From positions 26,932 to 90,931 of the forward strand of contig JAGVBK010000004.1 of assembly GCA_020059745.1 (NCBI GenBank): a stretch of 64,000 nucleotides of DNA, in the 5' to 3' direction. The position numbers were made by a program, and so were the translations under genes. The notes under the pieces are model-generated. The model saw nothing but the letters and a program-made list of their open reading frames with translations, was not told the DNA's origin and did no database searches. Shown piece by piece: positions 7,163 to 16,549 of this stretch; positions within the stretch are counted from its first letter, which is position 1; the number at the start of each line of letters is the position of its first letter. The DNA comes from Candidatus Shapirobacteria bacterium. GTDB lineage: Bacteria; Patescibacteriota; Microgenomatia; UM-FILTER-40-11.

Positions 7163-9502
7163 TTATAACCTGGCTCTTTTGGCAATTTCCGCTTCAACCA
7201 AAGACCGTTCTTTACCGTACTTAAGCCGGGAAAGCTCTTTTATCTTTTCTGAAAGCTCAGGGCTCATTTCTTTCCAAATTGGTGGCATGTCGTCTTTCAT
7301 GCTAACTGAAAAAGAAGGTACAGGCTCGTTGTTAACAATGGTTTTTATGTAAGCATTAAAAGCCTCAATATTTAAAAGATCGCTTTCTGAAAATGTGGGC
7401 GAAAACTCATGCTGTAAATACTGGGCATCAGTTACTCCCACCCTAAAGGCAATTTTTGTTCCTACATTTCCGAAAACTGCATTTTTCACCTCTTCGTCCA
7501 TCTGGCCAATAAATTGGTTGGCCACACAAAGGCCAAGATGAAATTTCCTCGCTTCAGAAAGGATCTGGGCAAAATCAGGAGTGGCAAAGTTCTGAAACTC
7601 GTCCACATAAAGATAAAAGTCTTTTCTCTGAGCTTCAGGAATATTGGAACGGCTCATTGCAGCCATTAAAATTTTAGGAACAAGGATCAAGCCTAAAAAG
7701 CTCGAGTTTTCCTCGCCGATCTGGCCTTTGGCAAGATTAATGATAAGGATTTTCCCTTCATCCATTACCTTTCTAAAATCAAAAGCGCTTTTTGACTGGC
7801 CGATTATATTCCTTATCATTTTATTGGTGACAAAACGGCCGAATTTAGAAACAATGTAATCAAGGGTTTCTGATTTATGAAAATCAGAGGTTTGGGCAAT
7901 CTGGTCTGTCCAATACCTTCTTACCACCGGATCCTGAACCTTAGGAAGAAGTTCCTGAACATATCTTGGGTCAGTTAAACAGCGAACCACCTCAATAAAA
8001 GTGCTTCCCGGCTCAGACATTACCGTTAACATGGCGTTTCTAATTGCATGCTCAAACCTAGGACCGACAATTCCGGTCTTATAAGGGTCAAAGAGCTTAT
8101 ACATGAGGTTAATAATTGCCGTGGTAATGAAATGCTTTTGGTCCTCTGTCTCTGCCTCAAGCAGATTAAGGCCAATCGGCCGGTCAATATCAGCCGGAGA
8201 AAAGTAAATCACATCATCCGCCCTTTCCGGCGGAATAAGCTGCATTACCTGCTCAAAAGTATCATGAGGATCAATAAAACAAAAGCCCTTTCCGGCCTTA
8301 AGATCTTGGTGCATCATTTTTACCAAAAGCTGTGATTTGCCTGTGCCGGTAGCGCCAATAATATAAATATGGCGCATCCGGTCAGAGTCACCAATATGAA
8401 CCGGTTGCTCAGTACCCCTGAAAACGCTTTTGCCTAAATATATTCCCTGTTTGGGAATTTGCTGGGGAGCCGGCGCTCTTTTGGCATTAAGCCAAAAAAT
8501 ATGAGGTGTTTCCACAGTTTTATTGGGAAAGTGAAAAATAGTAGCCAGCTCTTCACTGCTTAAAACAATTTTGTTGCGGTTAAGATAAAAAAGAGGCTGG
8601 TAGCGGTAAATAAAATCAGTCATAAAAAGCTTGGGCAGTCTCACTTTATAGCTCTTAAAGCCATTTTGATCACCTGAAAGCTGTTCAAAAGCTGCTTTTA
8701 TATTTTGCAGATGGGCTTTGGCGGAAGCTAAGTCGGTAGAAGAGACAACAATTCTTATGTTTGTCTCAAAGTTGGGCTTTGAGCACTTGTTTTCGATTGC
8801 TTCCATTTGTTTGGGGTCAACTTTATAGCTTGCTTTTTCAGGATCGCTCTCGTCTTTTTTCACTTTTGAGATATATTTTCTGCCCGCAGAACGGTTGGTG
8901 TTTCCTGCCGGAGAAATAATCATCTGAATGGCTGCCCCTTCCCCTTCTTTCATTTTGGCCAAAGCCGAGGTAATTGAAGCAAGCGGATCAGTCGGCAAGT
9001 CTTTGTAGACTTTTATCGGCATATAGGAAGAAGACCTGAATTGAAGGTCGGTATAAGTTACTTTTCCTTTTTCAGAAAAAATGTTGTACTCGTTCACCTC
9101 TTTTATGTCTGCTCCGGGGTAGGTGCCGTGAATTTGTTTTTCCACCATATCCCTTAAATTTTTAGGCATGGAAACATAAAAGCGAATATCTTCAGGTAAA
9201 CCCACAATTTCAAAAGAAATGTGGTCCTGAAGTCTTAAAAAAGAAAGCTTCCCGCCTTTGTGGAGTGAAGAAAAAGAAGAAATCATCTGCTCGGCCGCGT
9301 CAATTTTTACTTCGTTGTCCCGGGGGACCGCTACTTGAAGAAGTACATACTCAAGCGATTTCTCTTCCCTTTTTCTGTTCCTGTACCAAATCACTAAAAC
9401 CTGGCCTAAAACCAAACCAAAAAGAGCTGTTAAAGTAGCTGCTAAAGCAGCGTTAATAAACAATCTTAAGTTGCCAATCAAGTCAATTAAATTAGAATTC
9501 AT
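7163..9502 (-). CDS. type IV secretion coupling-protein-like ATPase (VirD4/TraG/TraD family, membrane-anchored)
   Basis: 779 aa with an N-terminal TM, Walker A IIGATGTGKSQ and Walker B FYLYVDEFQNF. The segment ARKFHLGLCVANQFIGQ is typical of TraD/TraG-type DNA-transfer ATPases. Confidence 0.7.
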   Translation of the reverse strand: MNSNLIDLIGNLRLFINAALAATLTALFGLVLGQVLVIWYRNRKREEKSLEYVLLQVAVPRDNEVKIDAAEQMISSFSSLHKGGKLSFLRLQDHISFEIVGLPEDIRFYVSMPKNLRDMVEKQIHGTYPGADIKEVNEYNIFSEKGKVTYTDLQFRSSSYMPIKVYKDLPTDPLASITSALAKMKEGEGAAIQMIISPAGNTNRSAGRKYISKVKKDESDPEKASYKVDPKQMEAIENKCSKPNFETNIRIVVSSTDLASAKAHLQNIKAAFEQLSGDQNGFKSYKVRLPKLFMTDFIYRYQPLFYLNRNKIVLSSEELATIFHFPNKTVETPHIFWLNAKRAPAPQQIPKQGIYLGKSVFRGTEQPVHIGDSDRMRHIYIIGATGTGKSQLLVKMMHQDLKAGKGFCFIDPHDTFEQVMQLIPPERADDVIYFSPADIDRPIGLNLLEAETEDQKHFITTAIINLMYKLFDPYKTGIVGPRFEHAIRNAMLTVMSEPGSTFIEVVRCLTDPRYVQELLPKVQDPVVRRYWTDQIAQTSDFHKSETLDYIVSKFGRFVTNKMIRNIIGQSKSAFDFRKVMDEGKILIINLAKGQIGEENSSFLGLILVPKILMAAMSRSNIPEAQRKDFYLYVDEFQNFATPDFAQILSEARKFHLGLCVANQFIGQMDEEVKNAVFGNVGTKIAFRVGVTDAQYLQHEFSPTFSESDLLNIEAFNAYIKTIVNNEPVPSFSVSMKDDMPPIWKEMSPELSEKIKELSRLKYGKERSLVEAEIAKRARL

Positions 9503-9855
9503 TAGTTTTCTTCTTTCCTAAATTCCGCTCTTGTTCCAAATATTTTTATAACTCTTAAACACCATTCCGTAAGCCAACGGATTGATTCTGTCACTTTTTG
9601 AGTTAACCCCCTGGCATACTGAGTATGGCTGATTGGTAAGACAATGGTCGGATGCTGCGGTGCCGGAGGAGAAACCAAAGGTTGGTTATTATCATCCGTA
9701 ATTGGTTGAGAAAGATAAATTTCTTTTTCTACCTTTTTTATTGCCGGCTCAAGTTCCGGGCTTAACTCTGGTTCTTCTTCAATTTTTACCGGATAAGTTT
9801 CGCTTTCTTCTTTAAAAAGCTGGTTTAAAATTTCTTTCTCGGGCAGCTCAGGCAT
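9502..9855 (-). CDS. hypothetical acidic/proline-rich protein, translationally coupled to the coupling-protein-like ATPase
   Basis: 117-aa ORF whose stop overlaps the downstream ATG (shared position 9502). No recognisable domain. Confidence 0.5.
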   Translation of the reverse strand: MPELPEKEILNQLFKEESETYPVKIEEEPELSPELEPAIKKVEKEIYLSQPITDDNNQPLVSPPAPQHPTIVLPISHTQYARGLTQKVTESIRWLTEWCLRVIKIFGTRAEFRKEEN

Positions 9856-9898
9856 GGATACATTATACAGCCAAAGGAGACAGGAGAAAAGTTATTGT

Positions 9899-10618
9899 TT
9901 AATACACTCCTCTTAAAAACACCTTAGAAAAGTGTTTTTTAAAAACCCCCAGGAAGTTTTCCATTTCTTCTTTGGAGAAAGGTTTAATTTTTGTAAATTC
10001 AGGATCAAGACAACTGGTAGGACGAAACTGTTGAAGATACCAGCTAAAGTTATCTTCTTTAAAATTTCCGGCTGATTTTACCCATTTGGCCGTTTTTTCA
10101 AGACCTTCACGGTCGTGCAAAGTAGGAACAAGAGTAGAACGAAGTTCAAAAGGAAGGTTGCTTTGAAAAATCAAGGCCAGACTTTCTTTAACTGGTTCAA
10201 AGCCAAAGCTAACTCCAGTATACTTTCCATAATTTTCAAAATCTCCTTTAATGTCCATGCAAAGGTAATTAACCAGAGATCCTTTTATTAGTTCTTTAAG
10301 CATCTTGGGGTTAGTACCGTTGGTATGAACCATGGTTTGGTAGCCAATTTTTTTTAATTTTCCCAAAAACTCCGGTAAATCCTTTTGCAGGGTTGGCTCG
10401 CCACCGGTAATAACTACGGCATCTGCCCACTTTTTTCGTGCTTTTAAGTCTGAAATAATTTCTTCTTCCTCTTTTAAAACAGGCTTTGCTCTTTTTTCTA
10501 CCAGTTCAGGATTGTGGCAAAAAGGGCAACGAAAATTACAGCCAGAAGTAAAAATAACCGAGCTGACCAACCCCGGCCATTCAATAAGCGAAGTCTTAAG
10601 GTAACCAGCAATCTGCAT
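9899..10618 (-). CDS. nrdG: anaerobic ribonucleoside-triphosphate reductase activating protein (radical SAM)
   Basis: CNFRCPFCHN radical-SAM cluster motif and GGEPTLQ. It lies directly downstream of nrdD. Confidence 0.9.
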   Translation of the reverse strand: MQIAGYLKTSLIEWPGLVSSVIFTSGCNFRCPFCHNPELVEKRAKPVLKEEEEIISDLKARKKWADAVVITGGEPTLQKDLPEFLGKLKKIGYQTMVHTNGTNPKMLKELIKGSLVNYLCMDIKGDFENYGKYTGVSFGFEPVKESLALIFQSNLPFELRSTLVPTLHDREGLEKTAKWVKSAGNFKEDNFSWYLQQFRPTSCLDPEFTKIKPFSKEEMENFLGVFKKHFSKVFLRGVY

Positions 10619-10619
10619 T

Positions 10620-10754
10620 TTAAGATTTAAAGGTCTTCCTTATGGAGAATTCCGCCTGTTTGCCGTCATTCCACTGTGATACCGGCCTTAAATAGCCGAC
10701 AATTCTTGAAAAAACTTCGCAGGGTTGCCTTTTTAAAAAAATCTGTTTGGACAT
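10620..10754 (-). CDS. 44-aa ORF carrying the class III RNR glycyl-radical motif (detached NrdD C-terminus)
   Basis: Below the ORF-track size cutoff. ATG 10754..10752 is preceded by AAAGGAGGTGAGA. The translation is MSKQIFLKRQPCEVFSRIVGYLRPVSQWNDGKQAEFSIRKTFKS. It contains the conserved SR(I/V)xGY...W(N)xGKxxEFxxR glycyl-radical signature that is missing from the 690-aa NrdD ORF. Its stop is 1 nt before the nrdG ATG. Confidence 0.7.
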   Translation of the reverse strand: MSKQIFLKRQPCEVFSRIVGYLRPVSQWNDGKQAEFSIRKTFKS

Positions 10755-10765
10755 TCTCACCTCCT

Positions 10766-12838
10766 TTAGTTTTCAATAATAACTTCAAGTCCTTCTTTCT
10801 CAAACTTTTCTTTCTTTCTTTCAAGCTCTTCGTCGCACTTCGGGCAGAAAAAATGCTCTCCTGAAAGATATCCGTGAACCGGGCATATACTGAAGGTGGG
10901 GGTTAAAGTATAGTAAGGCAAATGAAACTTGTCGGCAATCTTTTTAACTAAGTTTTTCAAGGAATTAATGTCCGGCATACTTTCCCCTAAAAACCCGTGG
11001 AAAACCGTGCCGCCTGTATAAAGGCACTGCAGGTCATCCTGATGCTCTAGAGCTTCGAAAATATCGGAAGTGTAGTTAACCGGCAGCTGGGTTGAGTTGC
11101 TGTAAAAAGGCTCTGCTTTGCCTTCTTTAAAAGCACTATCATTAGCAAAAATTATGTCCTTAAAGCGCTTTCTGTCTTCTCGGGCAAAGCGGTAAGAAGT
11201 TCCTTCTGCCGGCGTGGCCTCAAGATTAAAAAGCTGGTTTGTTTCTTCCTGATATTTGCCCATTTTGTCGCGCATAAAGTTAAGTATCTCAAGAGCAAAT
11301 TTTCTAGCCTCAGGCGAATAAATCGGCTTGTTAAGGAAGTTAAGACAGGCTTCATTCATACCTAAAAGGCCAATGGTGTTAAAATGGTTTTTCCAATATT
11401 CGCCAAACCGTTCCTTTATACCTTCAAGGAAATACTTTGAATAAGGATAAAGTCCTTTTTCGGTAAAATCTTCAACTACCCTTCTTTTAATAACCAAACT
11501 TTCCTTTGCCAAATCCATTAAATTTCCAAGCCTTTCTTTAAAATCAGTTTTGTTTTCAGCTAAATAGCCGATCCTGGGAAGATTAATTGTCACTACCCCG
11601 ATACTGCCGGTTAAGGGATTGGCTCCAAAAAGACCGCCGCCTTTTTTTCTAAGCTCTCTGTTGTCAAGCCTCAGACGGCAGCACATGCTCCTTGCGTCTT
11701 CAGGCTTCATGTCAGAGTTTACAAAGTTTGAAAAATAGGGAATTCCGTATTTTCTTGTCGCCTCCCAGAGGTTTTCAAGATAAGGGTTTTCCCAATCGAA
11801 ATCCTTGGTAATATTTATGGTGGGAATCGGAAAAGAAAAAACTCTGCCTTGGGCATCGCCTTCAAGGTAAACTTCTCCTAAAGCTTTATTAAAAATATTT
11901 ATTTCCTCTTGAAACTCGCCGTATGTTTTGTTCTGCGGTTCCCCGCCGATTATAACCGGCTCTTTTTTCATCATGTCAGGAACTACCAAGTCAAGGGTAA
12001 TGTTTGAAAAGGGAGTCTGAAAACCAACCCGAGTGGGCACATTCATATTAAACATAAACTCCTGCAAAGCTTGTTTAACTTCTTTATATGAAAGCTTGTC
12101 ATAATAGATAAAAGGCGCAAGCAGGGTATCAAAACTGGAAACAGCCTGAGCTCCGGCTGTTTCTCCCTGAAGAGTGTAAATGAGGTTTGTCAACTGTCCT
12201 AAGGCTGTTCTTAGATGCTTGGGGGGCTTTGAATAAATTTTTCCCGGCACCCCGCCAAAACCTTTAACTAAAAACTCTCTTAAATCCCAACCACAGCAGT
12301 AAGCCGCCAAAATCGCCAAATCATGAATATGAAGGTCTCCGCCGACATGAGCTTCGCCAATTTCTCGAGGATATATTTGGTTTAACCAGAAATTTGAAGT
12401 AATTAAGCTGGAAACATGATTGTTAAGGCCTTGGAGAGAATAGGTCATGTTACTGTTTTCTTTTACCCGCCAGTCAAGCTTCTTAATATAGTTGTTAACC
12501 ATCTCGTCACTATCAACCAAGCTGTTTATGTCTCTTATTTTTCGGTGAAGCTCGCGGTAAAGAATGTAGGCCTTGGCTACCGCCACTTGCCGGTTTTTAA
12601 TGAGCACCTCTTCAACAATGTCCTGAATTTCCTCAACGCCGGGAACAGTATGGCCGTCAAAACGCTTTTCCAAAAGCTGAACAACCTGGTCTGTCATTGT
12701 TCCTGCTTTCTCTTTATTAGCCTCTCCGACTGCCCTCATTGCCTTTAAAACGGCAGCTAAAATCTTTTTTTCATTAAAAGAAACAATGCGGCCATCTCTT
12801 TTTTTTATTCTTTTAACGGTAAGTTCGTTTTCTTTCAT
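10766..12838 (-). CDS. nrdD: anaerobic ribonucleoside-triphosphate reductase, large fragment (ATP-cone, catalytic barrel and Zn-ribbon; lacks the glycyl-radical tail)
   Basis: N-terminal ATP-cone (VKRIKKRDGRIVSFNEKKI) and class III RNR core. The C-terminal TPTFSICPVHGYLSGEHFFCPKC zinc knuckles are followed by a stop before the RxxGY motif. Confidence 0.9.
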   Translation of the reverse strand: MKENELTVKRIKKRDGRIVSFNEKKILAAVLKAMRAVGEANKEKAGTMTDQVVQLLEKRFDGHTVPGVEEIQDIVEEVLIKNRQVAVAKAYILYRELHRKIRDINSLVDSDEMVNNYIKKLDWRVKENSNMTYSLQGLNNHVSSLITSNFWLNQIYPREIGEAHVGGDLHIHDLAILAAYCCGWDLREFLVKGFGGVPGKIYSKPPKHLRTALGQLTNLIYTLQGETAGAQAVSSFDTLLAPFIYYDKLSYKEVKQALQEFMFNMNVPTRVGFQTPFSNITLDLVVPDMMKKEPVIIGGEPQNKTYGEFQEEINIFNKALGEVYLEGDAQGRVFSFPIPTINITKDFDWENPYLENLWEATRKYGIPYFSNFVNSDMKPEDARSMCCRLRLDNRELRKKGGGLFGANPLTGSIGVVTINLPRIGYLAENKTDFKERLGNLMDLAKESLVIKRRVVEDFTEKGLYPYSKYFLEGIKERFGEYWKNHFNTIGLLGMNEACLNFLNKPIYSPEARKFALEILNFMRDKMGKYQEETNQLFNLEATPAEGTSYRFAREDRKRFKDIIFANDSAFKEGKAEPFYSNSTQLPVNYTSDIFEALEHQDDLQCLYTGGTVFHGFLGESMPDINSLKNLVKKIADKFHLPYYTLTPTFSICPVHGYLSGEHFFCPKCDEELERKKEKFEKEGLEVIIEN

Positions 12839-12865
12839 CTATACAGAAATAAAAAAATTAATAGA

Positions 12866-12897
12866 TAAAAAAGTAAAAACGAGCGAGGGTTTTTACT
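12866..12897 (-). terminator. hairpin plus T-run in the nrdD upstream region (terminator of the DUF5667 gene or a leader attenuator)
   Basis: Minus strand: AGTAAAAAC cctcgctc GTTTTTACT TTTTT, a 9-bp stem ending about 27 nt upstream of the nrdD ATG. Confidence 0.5.
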
Positions 12898-13094
12898 TAA
12901 AAGTGAAACCATTATCACCCAAGCGATAGAAGGCCTGTCAACCAGCAATTTTTATATCAAAATAGGTCAAGAGTGGTGAAACGCCTCGATTTTTTGGGAG
13001 AATTTTGGTAATCAGTGGAATTTTTTAAAAAAAAGGTTTAAAAAGATTGTGCTAATTATTTCTTCAATTTGTAAAAAGGATATGGAAGAGTGGT

Positions 13095-13715
13095 TTAAAT
13101 CCCGTTAAGTTTTGCCTTTACCGGAGACATATATTTAAGAAGGTCATCAACTGCTTCTTTGCCTGAAGAATCAACCCTTTCTTTAACTTCTTTTAAAACC
13201 TCCTCATGCTTTAAAGAAGCTTTCCTGAGCGTTTCCCTAAACTCAGCTGTCTCTATTCCTTGGGCTTTTGCTTTTTCCGTCTCAAGAATGGCTTTTTCAA
13301 AGTATCTTTCCGCCTTTACTAAAGTGGGAATTCCCATCTCAGGTTTTCCTCCTTCAACTAAAACTTTTCCTGCCCCCAATCTTTTATCAGAGTAAAGCAA
13401 GAACAAGCTCGCTCTGTCCAGAGTTTTCCTGACAAGCCAAATTTTAACCCTGTCTCTTATCATCTTAATTTTATAAAGAGGGTTATCGGGCAAAATCCCC
13501 GGATAGGCGAGGAAATAATCAGATTTTGGAACAGCCGTGGGGGTTGCTTCCGCCGAAGCGCTTGATTCTTCCGAAACAGTAAGTTTAAGAGAGGTTACGG
13601 CAAAACTGCTTGGAGCACTAATGGTGGCGTTTTTAACGGAAACAAAAAGAACGCTAAAAGCAAAGGTAAAAACCAAAACCAGGGTTAAGACTCTTTTCAG
13701 CATCGGTAAATGCAA
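13095..13715 (-). CDS. DUF5667-like secreted/membrane-anchored protein
   Basis: N-terminal TM or signal, the PGILPDNPLYKIKMIRDRVKIWL motif typical of DUF5667, and a helical C-terminus. Confidence 0.6.
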   Translation of the reverse strand: MHLPMLKRVLTLVLVFTFAFSVLFVSVKNATISAPSSFAVTSLKLTVSEESSASAEATPTAVPKSDYFLAYPGILPDNPLYKIKMIRDRVKIWLVRKTLDRASLFLLYSDKRLGAGKVLVEGGKPEMGIPTLVKAERYFEKAILETEKAKAQGIETAEFRETLRKASLKHEEVLKEVKERVDSSGKEAVDDLLKYMSPVKAKLNGI

Positions 13716-13748
13716 TTATACACCCAGGCAAGCGATTGTTGTCAAATA

Positions 13749-16217
13749 TCAGGAAACAACGAAGTTAATAAGCTTTCCGGGGACAAAAATTGTCTTTTTA
13801 AGTTCTTTGTCTTTAAGATATTTTTCCACTTTTTCGCTCTTTTTAGCCCTTTCTTCAACTTCATTCTTATTTTTAGCCAAAGAAAAATCAATTTCCAAAG
13901 TCTCTCTTAACTTACCGTTTATCTGCACAGCAATAACCACCCTCTCCTCTTCAATCAATTTTGGATCATGCTCCGGCCAAGAAGTAGCGTGAATTGAAAA
14001 AGCCTCTCCCAATCTTGACCAAAGCTCTTCGGCTAAAAAAGGAGCAAAGGGAGCCATAGTCTTTAAAAAAAGCAAGGAATCACTTCTTGAAAGGTTGCCT
14101 GATGCTTGCCAGCTGTTGGCAAATTCCATCATTGCCGCCACGGCCGTATTATATTTAAAGTTACCGATGTCTTCCCCTACCTTTTTAATTGTTTGGTGGA
14201 GTTTACGCTTAAGCTTTGCTTCAGTTTCCTTTTCAGAAACCTGGTTTAAAAATAGGTTCCATACTTTTTTTAAAAAGCGGTAAACTCCTTCCAGGCTTTC
14301 CTGACTCCAAACCATGGTTGCATCAAAAGGACCAATAAACATAAGGTAAACTCTCAAGGCATCAGCGCCAAAAGCTTCCCAAATTTCATCAGGGTTAACT
14401 ACATTACCTCTTGATTTACTCATTCTCTGGCCGTCTAGGCCCAAAATCACACCGTGCGAAACCCTTTTATAATATGGTTCTGGCTCTTCTTTGGGAACAA
14501 CACCAATATCCCACAAAAACTGGTAAATAAACCTTGAGTAAAGAAGATGTAAGGTATTGTGTTCGTCTCCGCCGATATAAATATCAACCGGCAGCCAATA
14601 CTTAAGCTTTTTTTGATCAGCCAGGCTTTGATTATTTTTTGGGTCAATGTATCTTAAAAAATACCAGTCACTTCCGGCCCAGTTAGGCATGGTGTCTGTT
14701 TCTCTTCTTGCCTTCCCCCGGCAAGAGGGGCATTTTGTCATTGTCCAATCTTTTATTGAAGCAAGCGGCGACTCGCCTGTTTTGGTTGGTTCATATTCCT
14801 CAACCGGAGGCAGTCTGACTGGTAAATCTTTTTCCTCCACTGGTTGCCAACCGCACTTCTCACAAAAAACCATGGGAATAGGCTCACCCCAATAGTGCTG
14901 TCTGGAAAAAATCCAGTCACGCAAATGATAAGTGGTTGCCTTTTTGCCAATTGATTTTTCTTCCAAATACTTTATCGCTAGTTTTATCGCCTCTGTTGGC
15001 GTAACTCCATTCCAAAGCTCGGAATTAACAGTCGTTCCCCGGTCAGTCTCGGTATAAGCTGATTTAGAAAAGTCCCAATCATTTTCAGGCGGTTCTATCA
15101 CCGGGATAACCGGAAGACCGTATTTTTGGGCAAAATCAAAGTCGCGCTCGTCATGCGCCGGCACGCCCATAATTGCACCTGTACCGTAAGAAGACAAAAC
15201 AAAATCGCCGACCCAAATCGGAATTTCTTTTCCATTGATGGGGTTTATGGCAAAGCTGCCGGTAAAACAGCCTGTTTTTTTCTTGGTGAGTTCAGTTCTT
15301 TCCAGCTCTGTCTTTTTCTGGGCCTGGTCAATGTATTCCTCTACCGCCCTTTTTTGCCCTGGCAAGGTTAGCTCGGAAAGAGAAGAAAGTTCTGGCGCTA
15401 AAACCATAAAAGTAGCACCGTAAAGTGTATCCGGCCGGGTGGTAAATACCCTTATTTTTAAATCTTTACCTTTAACCGGAAAATTAATGTGTGCGCCTTC
15501 TTTTTTACCAATCCAGTTAATCTGGGCTGCTTTTACCTTTTCCACAAAGTTAGTTTTTTCAAGGCCGTTTATCAACCGGTCCGCGTAATCTGTAATTTTA
15601 ACAATCCATTGCTCTAAGTTTTTCTTTGTTACTTCTGCCCCACATCTTTCGCACTTACCGTTAATAACTTCCTCATTAGCAAGACCAATTTTGCAGCTGG
15701 GGCACCAATTGATCGGCATTTGGGCTTTGTAGGCTAAACCTTTTTTAAAAAGCTCAATAAAAATCCACTGGGTCCATTTATAGTAGTCTGGGTCTGTGGT
15801 ATTAATTTCTCTTTCCCAATCAAAAGACAAACCCATTCTTTGCATCTGCTCTTTAAAGCGGGTTGTATTTTCCCTGGTAATTTCCTGAGGGCGGCGCTTT
15901 TCTTTAATGGCATAATTTTCTGTCGGCAGACCAAAAGCATCCCAACCCATAGGAAAAAGAACATTATAACCCTTCATCCTGAAAAAACGGGCTAAAACAT
16001 CTCCTCCGGTAAAAGCAAAGGCATGGCCAACATGAAGACCAAAACCGGAAGGATAAGGAAACTCAACCAAAACATACTTTTTTTGCCTTTTATCAAAATC
16101 AGAAGCTTTGTAGGTAGAAGCTTCCCGCCACTTTTCTATCCATTTGGGTTCAATCTCACGAGGATAATATCTTTCTTTTTTTTCTTCTGCCATTTTAGTT
16201 ATTAAGCTATTATACAA
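13749..16217 (-). CDS. leuS: leucine--tRNA ligase
   Basis: 822 aa. HVGH (HIGH) motif at PSGFGLHVGHAF, KMSKS motif (QRMSKSRGN), and the CP1 editing domain. Confidence 0.95.
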   Translation of the reverse strand: MYNSLITKMAEEKKERYYPREIEPKWIEKWREASTYKASDFDKRQKKYVLVEFPYPSGFGLHVGHAFAFTGGDVLARFFRMKGYNVLFPMGWDAFGLPTENYAIKEKRRPQEITRENTTRFKEQMQRMGLSFDWEREINTTDPDYYKWTQWIFIELFKKGLAYKAQMPINWCPSCKIGLANEEVINGKCERCGAEVTKKNLEQWIVKITDYADRLINGLEKTNFVEKVKAAQINWIGKKEGAHINFPVKGKDLKIRVFTTRPDTLYGATFMVLAPELSSLSELTLPGQKRAVEEYIDQAQKKTELERTELTKKKTGCFTGSFAINPINGKEIPIWVGDFVLSSYGTGAIMGVPAHDERDFDFAQKYGLPVIPVIEPPENDWDFSKSAYTETDRGTTVNSELWNGVTPTEAIKLAIKYLEEKSIGKKATTYHLRDWIFSRQHYWGEPIPMVFCEKCGWQPVEEKDLPVRLPPVEEYEPTKTGESPLASIKDWTMTKCPSCRGKARRETDTMPNWAGSDWYFLRYIDPKNNQSLADQKKLKYWLPVDIYIGGDEHNTLHLLYSRFIYQFLWDIGVVPKEEPEPYYKRVSHGVILGLDGQRMSKSRGNVVNPDEIWEAFGADALRVYLMFIGPFDATMVWSQESLEGVYRFLKKVWNLFLNQVSEKETEAKLKRKLHQTIKKVGEDIGNFKYNTAVAAMMEFANSWQASGNLSRSDSLLFLKTMAPFAPFLAEELWSRLGEAFSIHATSWPEHDPKLIEEERVVIAVQINGKLRETLEIDFSLAKNKNEVEERAKKSEKVEKYLKDKELKKTIFVPGKLINFVVS

Positions 16218-16238
16218 AAAAAGCCCCTCAGGGGCTTT
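16214..16238 (-). terminator. rho-independent terminator
   Basis: Minus strand: AAAGCCCCTGAGGGGCTTTTTTT. The stem GCCCCT/AGGGGC plus T-run lies downstream of the small ORF 16339..16479. Confidence 0.7.
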
Positions 16239-16338
16239 GTTTCTTCACTTTTCCAAAGCCCTTTTAAGGGTTCTTAGGGAAAAGTAAAAGGTCTTTTGTC
16301 ATTATGGTCATTTTAAAAAATTCCGCTTTCAAAGTCAA

Positions 16339-16479
16339 TTAGATTGCTGGCAAATTTCCGGTTGCCAAAAGAACGATAATTACGGCTGCTCCAATAAGGG
16401 AAAAACCGGCAAAGCCAACTGTAAACATTAGTACTGCCCAGAAGATATTTTTTATACATTTTTCCGTTTTTGCCGACAT
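16339..16479 (-). CDS. 46-aa small membrane protein (hypothetical)
   Basis: Below the ORF-track cutoff. Translation is MSAKTEKCIKNIFWAVLMFTVGFAGFSLIGAAVIIVLLATGNLPAI, with one clear TM helix. A terminator lies at 16214-16238. Confidence 0.35.
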   Translation of the reverse strand: MSAKTEKCIKNIFWAVLMFTVGFAGFSLIGAAVIIVLLATGNLPAI

Positions 16480-16549
16480 AGAGGTATTATATACCATTCC
16501 TTCAACTTAATTTTTTGAATAAAGAAAAGGGAAAAGGTATAATTTTTCC

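Noticed and set aside
12839-13094. NrdR box or cobalamin riboswitch in the 256-nt nrdD upstream region
   Set aside because: No 16-bp NrdR-type palindrome pair and no B12-box-like sequence could be recognised by eye. A possible TTGACA...GATAAT promoter (12941..12911) has a long 18-19-nt spacer and would fire into a hairpin. It was left unannotated.
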